From Kondoa subrosea (taxonomy: Eukaryota): DNA of 64,000 nt. The stretch lies in contig BCIN01000001.1 of NCBI GenBank assembly GCA_039545335.1, forward strand, positions 1,348,604 to 1,412,603, read 5' to 3'. The first letter of the stretch is position 1. Each line of letters starts with the position of its first letter. A model generated the notes under the pieces. That model was not told the DNA's origin. It searched no databases and worked only from the letters and a program-made list of their open reading frames with translations. The position numbers were made by a program, and so were the translations under genes. Positions 54,201 through 64,000 of the stretch are shown here, piece by piece.

Positions 54201-55549
54201 CTCTGCTGCTTCGATGTTGATCTGATCGCCATTTTCCAAGAAGTCTGAAGAAGGCGTTACTTTATCATATTTGAGATTGATATCGACCCATTGAGGGCGG
54301 AAATTCTTGAGGCGTTCTTTCAGCGGGCAACCTTTGTACTTTATGGCGTTGGCAGAAAGAGATGGAAAGTTGACTTCCAATCCAATAGACTGTAGTGTGG
54401 AGACAGCAGTTGCTTGATGCGGTGACTTCAAATTCTTCACTCTGAATCCTTCGCAAATGAGGAAATTGGACAGAACACGCTTTGCTCCAGATCGAGCTAG
54501 ACCCAGGCCGCATCGAGCTGTGAATTCTGCTTGTAGAAGCTGTTCGACTTCAAGTGTCGCATCACGAAATTCCACGCCAACTTGTAGTCGAGCCGCCATT
54601 GAGCTGGTTTTCAGATTGACAAAGGTCTCAAATTGAGCAACCGATGTACCGATGTTGGCTAGTGCGAGTGTGATATATTGCATTGTCACATTTGGTCCAA
54701 TAGCAATGGTCAAGCTGCAGATGGCAGCGCTGAATCTGGTTTTAGAAAAGGATCTTCAGATTTTCCGAAGTCATACATACATGAAGAGTATAGCGAAGTA
54801 GTGATGTATCTGAGTGAATACTCGCTACATAAGCATATGAGCTCGTGTCATTCTGTTCCGTAGATAAGATATACCTGTCCAATGAAGTAACCCAATGCAG
54901 CCAAGATATACAAAGCTAATTTGTTACTCAAAGAAGTGCTTGTAACTTGTTCGCGGACTCTTGTTATGGGTTGACACCATTCTTTGGGGAGACATTGGTA
55001 AAGACTGTCAAAGGCGAGAGAATGGAGATATGACAAGAACCAGTGTCCTGTTCTCGCCCAAGAGCCTATCCAGAGTATACTTGACTTGATACGAAAGCCG
55101 AATCCAGCTGGATTATGTTCTGTGTCGGACTTTTGCTGTGTATCCGCTTTATCCTGTTTCTTTGTTGACACAGTTTGGATCCGTTTTGCGAAATGAGTTT
55201 TAGGCATCCGAGCAGTGACTCCGTCGACCCTGAGCCCAATCCATCTGCCTGATCCTAGCCCTTTCGCAGCGAAGACAATGCTTGCTTTTCGGACAGTGAC
55301 TTTGGTTCGTTCAGGTGTATCCGGCTGACTTGCATCCACAGTAACGCTCTTGCCTTCCCATTCAATATCTTGCAAGCTGAAGAGCCCATCCTTCCAGCTG
55401 AAAAAGCCAACATGACCTACCGTAATATGATGCACATAGCGGCGAAAGAAGAGAGCTATAGTAAAGCGAAAGAGTAGACCAGATGAGCAGATTACGCCAA
55501 TTAGAACGATCAGGGCTGGAATTAGAGGAACACCGAGCCAGTGCGGCAT
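45277..55549 (-). CDS. FMP27: Bridge-like lipid transfer protein Fmp27/BLTP2 (Hobbit), multi-exon, >3000 aa
   Basis: N-terminal TM anchor; DDPFETRL, LRDYPLPLL, DPSDRIGFWDKLRL (GFWDK), LKGSRDPY, HFWRWWSLF...LPIRQG, KFGRH..TIKY, Apt1-like C-terminus. Confidence 0.95.
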
Positions 55550-55855
55550 CGCTTGCTGAGAAATTTAGGTCGGATGTTGGACGCAGACCAGTTTGCTAAG
55601 TGAGCCCTCAGGGTATCCAGGTATCGATCAGACAGAGGTATCAACCAGTGCTAGCAGGGCATCTTCCAAGTGTAGTGAGCGGTTGCGACTAAACAACAAG
55701 CAGTGATTTTAATTTCTCGGACTAAGCATAACCTCGGCTTTGGTAAGGAGTGCGTGTAATAATGCAAGGTATAATTATGCCAAATCGATACAACCATCTA
55801 CCTGTTTGGATCTGTCGCGATCTCCCATGCCTTCAACCAGGAGTTGTTAATGCTT

Positions 55856-57893
55856 TCACCTCAGCGGATCATTAAGATAGATATCATGTAGAGTATGAGC
55901 CGCAAAAGAGCTGAACGTTGAACCAGGTGTGCCTATAAGCTTTTCAGCTCGCGCAGCGACTAGAGTCAATCGTGCGATGATGAGCTTTTTCGCTGCGATC
56001 TACAAGATTTGTCCACTCACTTTCTGCCTCCATGAATGGATAGAGGAATTTGCCCATACGGAGTCCATCTTGTTCACTACGGACGTGCTCCAGCTTCACC
56101 AATGATGGAATCGGCTCTAGTCCAGCTTCACTTTTGACAGCAAAGTCCGATAAAATGAAGACGCAAGGAAAGGTGTTAAAGAAGACAGCAAGGTTGGGAT
56201 CTGCTGTTGGGCTATGTGAATCGGTTGCCAGATAGACTGGTCTGTTGAGATGTTGAAGTTTAGAATCAGTATATAGCTCGCCTCTACATTTCAGCGTCGA
56301 TGCGAGACCGAGATCAGCTACTGTAGCGTAAGACTTTACTTCTTGACGTTTCGACATCATGCTATCTGATGAACTGAAGTCGTTGATCGATAATTCATCG
56401 GTTGAAGAGAAATCGCCTTTACTAAAGATCGAGATTGTAGAACGCTTGTCGTGCTGTCGTAGAGCTTTGTTATTATCGAACAGTTCATCTACTTGCTCTG
56501 AATTCAGCTCGAACACCTTCGCAACAGATGCTTAGCTCCGACGGTCAAAGAAGTCGAGACAAAAAGGCTCACATTACTCGCAAACTTCCTAAAGACGCCC
56601 TCCATATTCGCTTTAGCCATACGATAGAAATTCCCATCTCCTACTCTACAATGGAGTCCAACGTATGATCCTCTTCCACCTAAGCGTTTCACAATTTCTT
56701 GACTTATCGGATCAAGCAGAGGATTTCTGAAAACGAATGCTTGTGCTAATTCTTGAAACAAGTTTCGATTCTCTCTTTTTGAAACCCTGACTCGACCTGA
56801 ACCAAACAATGAACCAAAGTAGAGTAAATCTTTTTCTGCGTAAGGTGGTTGTAGTAGATCTTCCGCGTTGATTCGAATAGTATATTTCCCAAGTCCTTGT
56901 TGATCTTCTGCGCTATCGTAGATTCGCCAGTCATAGCGAAGTTCATTATCGAAGGAGTGAATGGAAGAAGGGTCGATGCCCAATCCATCTGGTTTCGGTT
57001 GCGTAAAGTAGTCGAGCGAATAATCAAAACGCGGCGCTAGAGTAATCGATTCCGGTAGCGCATCGAGATTTGCTAGCATGCTCCAAGTAACCTCTACTCG
57101 ATGCTTGAGTAAGGCGAACAAGCAAACTTCAGGCCTTGAGACATACCGGTATAAGACGTATAAGTAAAACAAGGATCGCGCTTCGAAACAGTATTATTTT
57201 CCAGCTCTTCTAATCGCGGTCGACATGTCTCCACATGTCTATTTTTCTGAGCAGCTTTCAATCTTTGTTCAAGAAGTGGCTTTGGCGACCAAGCAAGAGC
57301 CCAACCAAGTCTGACAGTAGGTAGAACAAGTGTACGATTGAGAAGATGCGCAGCCATCAAGGCGTTTGTCTGTGATGATCTAGAGTCAGCTCTTCGAGCA
57401 TTCAGAAGTGATGAAGTTAACTTGCAAGCTCGATTCTGCTATTGTGAAAGCCCGAATGTGGAAGATAAGCCATATATTTCTTATCTCCTCGATCTAATCT
57501 GTCTGCAGGAATAGGTAGAAAGGTATTGATGGTTTGTATCTCGTTCGAATTCGATTCGAGGGATAAATCCAGATCCGAATCTTGCTCGTTTCCAGCTACG
57601 CTTTCATCAGGCCTATTTGCGGGCCAGTAAATCGAGACATCAGGTAGATAGGATGACATTTGTACAGGCAACGCGTCCTTCTTTATTGACGCGACCGCGA
57701 GCGATATCGTAATGAATGAGAGAAAAGAGACAGTGCTCCAGATCAGCAGTCGTTTCCTCCTCTGCACCCCTACTTCTCGTCGGGCTTGTGCAACATGATT
57801 GCTTGAATTTAGGAAAGCCTCAAGCTCTTCCTCAACTGCTGTGCTTTCATCGCTCAAAAACGACTTGATCGAGGAGTTATGTTTGTGTTCCAT
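55856..57893 (-). CDS. Type II membrane O-fucosyltransferase-like (CigA-like) protein
   Basis: N-terminal TM, YLPHSGFHNSRIEL.NA..AAHLLNRTLVLP, YFGSLFGSGR, GLHCRVGDGNF, VYLATD, GTPGSTFS. Confidence 0.85.
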
Positions 57894-58146
57894 GATGGTG
57901 TATACAGGACGAGAAAGACGACTGCCATTTTAAGCTTCTGAGAGAGACATAAAGAAAAGATGGGAGAATCTCTCGTTGCAACGGCGCTCCGACAACTTGC
58001 AAACTCGCGAATCATAGCGGGTAAACGGGAATATGATGGATAGGTCGGCGTCCAGTAACATCAGAATAGTCTTGTGAGGCGGAAGATACAGCTTCGCGGT
58101 TTGAAGAAGAAGAGAGCAACTTTGTTCCGACACAATCAGTATCACA

Positions 58147-58982
58147 ATGTTCAGACTCGCCGCTCGTCAGATTGCTCGCTCTGCTGGTCAGCTGGGAAGC
58201 CGTGGCTTCAGCAGCATTGAATCAGGTGCATTTCATTGTACAAAGTGTTGCGGAGTTTCAGGAAGCTGACGCAATGGAGGTCAATAGTCTACACTGCTTC
58301 AGCTACTTCTACTGGATCTAGGGCTTTAGGTAAAGGCCATGTCGGTCCTCTTGAAGTTTCCTGGGGATTGCCCAAAGAAATGGTGTGCCCTACTACGACA
58401 GCTGGCTATGATCATGAACGGTGACGCTCATGATCGATGCGACAGGGCGGAAAGGGAAGCCCAAAGGACGTGAACCCTGAAGAAATCTTCTCCCTTGGTT
58501 ATTCAGCTTGCTTCCTTCAAGCGTTGAATGTCTGCCAAGGAAATATGTTCAAGGACCGAAAGTCCTTACCTGCAGACACTAAAGTTACTGGTCGGTCTGC
58601 CCGCTGTTCACATGTGCAATTCGCTCATCGTATTATGCAGTCAAAACTTCCAGTAAGTCTTCAGCTGATTAAGAGTCTACTTTCCGCTCATCTGGTCTCA
58701 GTCGGAAAACCAAAAGGTAATGGTGATGTTTTCGGATCTGTAACTCTCGCTAATTCTTCGCAAAGGTGGTGAAGGGTTCCAAATCGCCGTTGAGATTCAG
58801 CTCTTCTATGATACTATCAAGGGTTAGTCCTTTGATGCTGCTGGTTAGGCTTACTTGATATCTTGCGGTCAGAACGCCTCAACAAAGAGGAAGCTCAGAG
58901 TCTGCTAGAAGCTGCTCACAAGATGTGCCCTTACTCGAAAGCTACATCTGGTAACATTGAACAGAAAGTCACACTGGTTTGA
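58147..58982 (+). CDS. ohr: Organic hydroperoxide resistance protein (Ohr/OsmC family) with probable mitochondrial presequence
   Basis: VYTASATSTGSR, LPKEMGGKG, NPEEIFSLGYSACF, AAHKMCPYSKATSGNI; N-terminus MFRLAARQIARSAGQLGSRGFSS. Confidence 0.92.
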
Positions 58983-59245
58983 ATGAATCAGATTCCCAAT
59001 TGTAATGACAGCATGAAGTGTAGCCATGCAAAGCTATCATCGTGGGCTATCTTAGACGCTACTAGCGTCTGGCGAGAGTCTCCGTCGCATTTGCATGACG
59101 ACCTCTGGTTGTCCAGCAACTTCGGATTGCTTAATGTATACCTAAAGCTAAGGCTAGCTCGTATACCCTTCGAGTCACTGCAGCTACACTGCAGCTCGAG
59201 CCCTGCTAATCCTCCTTGTCTATTTCGACGGTCAAGCAGTCAATC

Positions 59246-62200
59246 ATGCAGCATCCAATCCCTGCTGTCCGGCCTGGTACACTCCCTCCTGGGACTTCTG
59301 TTCGTATAGGGGAATACAAAGTCTACATCGAGCGCTTTCTCTCAGAAGGCTAGTCCCCTCACTAGCTATCAGAGCCAAGCTGAAAGGCGTCAATAGGAGG
59401 ATTCGCTCATGTCTACTTGGTCAGGTCAACTGCTCCTATACCTGCTGGATCAGATCAGACTCTGCATGTCCTCAAGAGATTAGCTGTACCCGATAAAATA
59501 CAGTTGCAATTCGTTCGCAAGGAAGTCGATATCATGGTCAGTCTCTGTGTCTGCGAGAAAGACATGAGACATGAGCTGATGTAGAAGAGAAACGATAGAA
59601 AGCTGTCAAGGGTAATCGGTATATCATCAACTTCATTGAAGCTTCGGCATCTGAACTACCGAACAAGAGCGGTTATGAGGTCTTCATCCTGATGGAATAT
59701 GCCCCAGGTCCATTCTCATCATCCTCCCATATTGAATGAGAGCTTATGAGCTTGAACAGGCGGTGGTATTATCGATATGATGAACACTAGACTTCAAAAT
59801 CGACTGACTGAAAGTGAGATCCTCAAGATCTTCTCTGATACAGTCGAAGTAGGGTCCGATATTGCTGTCAAACTCTTACTTATAGTTGATCCAGGCCGTC
59901 GCGCATATGCATCACCTTGATCCACCTCTGATGCATCGGGATCTGAAAGTAGAAAACATTCTCTTATCCTCTCCTTCCTGCTATAAGCTATGCGACTTCG
60001 GATCAGCAACGACACCTTTTGCACAAGCAGCGCAAAGCATACCTGAAATTCAAGCACTCGAAGCGGATCTCAATCGGACGACTACTTTGCAATATAGAGC
60101 GCCAGAGATGTGCGATGTTTGGGCAAGGAAACCAATTGGTCTGCCTGCTGATGTATGGGCTCTTGGTGTCTTCCTCTACAAGTTGTGTTACTATACAACC
60201 CCATTTGAAGAACATGGCGTTTTGGCTATCCAAAATGTGCAATATAAGTTCCCTTCATATCCAGCTTACTCACCAGCGATACGAGAATTGATCGGTACGT
60301 TCTGATATCAGCTGGCGAATGTCTTGACTTATCGCCATTTTAGCGAGCATGTTGCAAGAATCTTCGAGTTCTAGACCGAACATCGATCAAATACATCAAC
60401 AAGTCTGCCGACTGCGCGGAATCACACCGAAGCCTCGTCAACAAGTCTCAAAAGCCAAAAGTCAAGAAGAACATCCACCTTTACCTAGAAGACCGCTTGG
60501 TAAAATCGCTTCGGCTCCTTCACCTGTGCCTTCATCTGGCAAACCTTCCCTCTTCACTTCAGCAGCAGCGTCTATACCTACACAAGATCCAGATACAGTG
60601 AAAGATGCTATACAGCCAATGCGCAGGGGTAGACCGGGAATTAAGACCAAAGCGCAGGGATCCGAAGATACAAGCGGTTTTGACGATGCTTTCAAGCCGA
60701 GTGAAAAGTCTGTAGAACGAGTGAAATCACCTTATGAAGATTTCGAGCAAGCATTCCCTGCTTTGGACGACTTCAACTCTTCTGCTTTCTCACCTTCGGA
60801 GTCTTTTCAGCCTACAATCAAATCTCCTAGTCCGCCTCATCCTCTTGTTCAATCGCCTACTCCTACCAATATACCTTCAGCGAAAAGCAATCTTGATTCC
60901 GGTCTTCTTCCTCCGCAAAGTGACGTTATCGAACGATCGGCCTCCGGATTCAAAGACCTACTTTCACCGTCTCCTACCGACTCGAATGCTCTTCAACAGA
61001 ACATAGATCGAAATAGTTCGCCTTCACTGCAGAATGCACTTAGAATCGGTCCGAAATTAGCGAGCACTTCTGACTTGAGCAGTTTGAACAAACCTTCCGC
61101 ACCACCGAAACCAGCCAGTCTTTCTCTTGATACCAATACACCTTCTTCTCTAGTAAACAAGCGTCAAAATCTCGTTAGTCAAAGTTCCCAAACTTCGCCA
61201 GTATTGCTCGAAAAATGGTGGCAGGAAAAGATGGCTTTAGAAAAGGATGACGGATCTGAAATAAAATCACCTCGACCTTCAGACTTCAAGAAAGCCGCTT
61301 CTAGACAGAAATCGGTCGATCTTTGGTCTGATTCGTCACCTTTAACGCTAACAAGCGAGAAATCTCCAGTGCTACTTCCGAAAAGAGATTTGCTGGATTC
61401 ATCCCCTCCGCCGACTCAACCAGAAGCCAGTAATACAGTCTCAGAAGATGCACAAGCGAAAACAGCTGCTGCTCTTTCTTCTCTTCGAGCCAACATCTCG
61501 ACAGAACCGATCCCTCCTTCGCCTACTGTCAATGATTTAGAGAGCATAAGGCAACGTTTTCCTGATCTCCAATCTGCACAGAGCACAGGCACTAGCAAAG
61601 CACCTAAACCTGCCAAGCCTTCGTATCTTCGCTCGCCGGTATCAGAAGTCTCAGAATCGAGCGATGAAGAGGACGAAAAACCGGAAGAATTGGATACCAA
61701 GGGGTCAAGTCAATTGCTTCATCCTGAGCCTACTTCAATCTCTATTTCAAGGACCTCGAGCGCAAGTAGTATCAAGGCAGCCAAGCAAAATGGGTCCTTC
61801 GACCTCGATAAAGCTCTATCAAACATTCAGAAGTTTGCGCCGCCCACTCAATCTGTGTCTGATACAACTTCCGCAACACCAATAACTAAGCCTCAACAAT
61901 CACCTGTAATCATTCAGGCGCCTGTGCCAACCAAACCAAAGTATGCGATATCGAGGTTAGTCTTTGATGCACTCTGTTTGTACCCAACCTGATATCTGAC
62001 ACAGTCTGGTATCTCGTTACGAACAAGGTGGATCAGAAGTGAGCAAGTCGCCGGAAATTTCACCAAAGCACGCTCGAAGCGCTTCCTCGGGCTCTACAAC
62101 CAGTTTACCTAAATCAGCTACCAGTCCTCGTTTCTCATATATCCATGAAGCGAGTTCCTCTGCTACCTCTTCTCCTCGACAATTGTTCAAACCTAGCAAA

Positions 62201-62377
62201 CCACCGAGTCCGCCGTCGCCCGAAAGTTCATTTGCTGGAGTCAAGAACATGGCCAGTCGTTGGCAACAAATAGCGCAGGAAGGCAATGCTCGCAGTCCTG
62301 GGGTAGAGAATGGTGTCAAGCGCTCAAATACGGTCGGGCGAGGTATGGCCAATAGACAAGAGTGGAAAGCTGTGTGA
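59246..62377 (+). CDS. Ark1/Prk1 (NAK) family Ser/Thr kinase with a long low-complexity tail
   Basis: FLSEGGFAHVYLV, ILMEYAPGGGIIDMMNTRL, MHRDLKVENIL, LCDFGSA, TTLQYRAPEM, DVWALGVFLYKLCYYTTPFE, PMRRGRP. Confidence 0.94.
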
Positions 62378-62385
62378 TGAATACT

Positions 62386-64000
62386 TCATACGTCAATTTG
62401 CATTACAGTAGATAGCCAAGGCTGTAAAAACACATCTAGTTGAACATCATCTGACCTAATGTAATCTAGTTTCAAGAGGTCTGGGCTTTTGATGCGTTGA
62501 CCAGCTGAGATTTTGACCATACTTGAAATGAGTGCGAATGCTGGATGAGGCGCCTCTAGGTACACTAGTCGACTGAGGAGCAACCCGCCTTCCATGTTTG
62601 TGAAAGGATTTCTGGAAAAGACGGGTATTCGAGCGCTTTCCTGTAGACCCATTGAGTAAAAGCTTCTGGGAGTCGAAATGACATACAGGCCATGTATCCG
62701 CAGTAGGAGTTCCCAGTACGTAGAAAATGTCGCCAATCAGCGCGATATCGCCTCGATTTTCCGCAAACAATGTGGATCGCACGCGCTTGCTTGCCTGCAG
62801 TCAGGTCAGTTTCCGTCTCGCAAAGTGTACATTCAATATGTTACCTTTGAGGTAGGTACGGCCCAAGGAGGTCTGGTCGTTAATCCTTCTTCCTCCTCTT
62901 CCTGATCATCCTCGTCTTGTCTGAAGCCAGTGAAGAATGCAGCAATGGTCGCTCCGAGAGCCCAGATATCCGTTGTGCATGCGTCGTAACTTGCATCACC
63001 ATGCAGAAGTTCAGGTGCTTTGTATGCTCTAAACAGAAAGGCTTAAGCTATCGATACAAGCTCAAAATAGATGAAGACGGACCCTGTTGCTATATCGCAG
63101 CACATGTTTCCTTCCGCTTCGTCCACATTCGGTCCATTGTACGCAATCCCAAAGTCGATCAGCACGATCTGGCCCTTTGATCCGATAACGAAATTCGAGG
63201 GATTGATATCTCGGTGAGCGATACCTAGTTCATGAATATAGGCAATAGACTTGCACATTTGACCAATGAGTGCTCTACTGATAACTTGGAAATGCTTTTG
63301 ATCCGGTACGAAAGTAGGACTATTGAGTAAAGTTGTGAGGGAAAGAGGATAAAATGGCATTGCGAGATTGTAGGAGCCATTGGTATAGCGATCATCAAGG
63401 AGGGGTGCGATCTTTGTACATCTTTAGATTATGATCCACCAGACAAGAAGAAGCATTACCTGTTTACAGTTCAGAGCTTGTAGGATTTCGATTTCCCGTT
63501 TCACATTATGAGGTTGAGGTAATGTCGCAGCAGTAACTTTCTTGATCGCGACCCACCCAGCTAGCCCTTCACTTAGGCGATCGGAAAGCTTTGCATTGTA
63601 GCAACGGAAAGGCGTCCTATAGACAGCTGACAAATTGTTTGCCAAAAGTACAGAATCAGTGAAATCCACTTTGTCCAGAATAGACTTGTTATCAACCCAT
63701 GAGCCAAAAGTGATGTCTTGCTCCAGATTGAGGGTCTGAAAATGCTCGAGCGGCAAAGAAGGCACATGATCCAGAGAGGGTGAGCGACCATCAGATCCAA
63801 TCAATTTGGGAGCAATGGTCACAACAATTGAGCTGAGAAGCTCTGCCGATTTAAGAACTTCAGGAAGGAAGCGAAGACCCGTTTCAACAAAGATGGAGGC
63901 GATATAGTACTGATCGTGAAGCTTCGTGAAAAGATGCCGTAAAGGTATTCGCCCAGCTTCTTCGGTGCAAGGAACAAAAGAAACTCCTAGAGTATGTAGG
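62386..64000 (-). CDS. CDK-like (Csk1/CAK-type) kinase with an in-frame N-terminal RibD_C/Rib7-like domain; 5' end outside the window
   Basis: Kinase: VAIKK, PHNVKREIEIL, HRDINPSN, IDFGIA, YKAPELLHG, DIWALG, LGTPTADTWP. Frame 63999-63424 is stop-free and begins with GRIPL..LF..L....IASIFVETG...SIVVTIAPKLIG.DG. Confidence 0.85.

Overview
Gene-dense, intron-rich fungal nuclear DNA with short (~45-70 nt) introns and many microexons; the proteins look basidiomycete, possibly Pucciniomycotina (inference). About 23 spliced genes can be assembled by eye: CET1-type RNA triphosphatase, TRM61, a phosphatidylserine decarboxylase, a double WRKY/GCM1-fold (MULE-like) zinc-finger protein, a GNAT acetyltransferase not shown in the ORF track, calnexin, POM152, a DHA1-type MFS transporter, SYO1, a solo BED-finger protein, HIU hydrolase, UBC12, a small membrane protein, MRPL33, TOM22, an alpha/beta hydrolase, eIF4B, a PDI, RNR2, FMP27/BLTP2, an O-fucosyltransferase-like protein, Ohr, an Ark1/Prk1 kinase and a Csk1/CAK-like kinase. 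Three signals stand out. (1) The last kinase is fused in frame to an upstream RibD_C/Rib7-like reductase domain that runs off the window edge. (2) An unidentified decayed repeat/pseudogene family occurs three times, and two ~2.8-kb copies form an inverted pair bracketing ~17.7 kb. (3) Two transposon-type DNA-binding-domain genes lack a transposase core. All splice models are manual and untested against transcripts.
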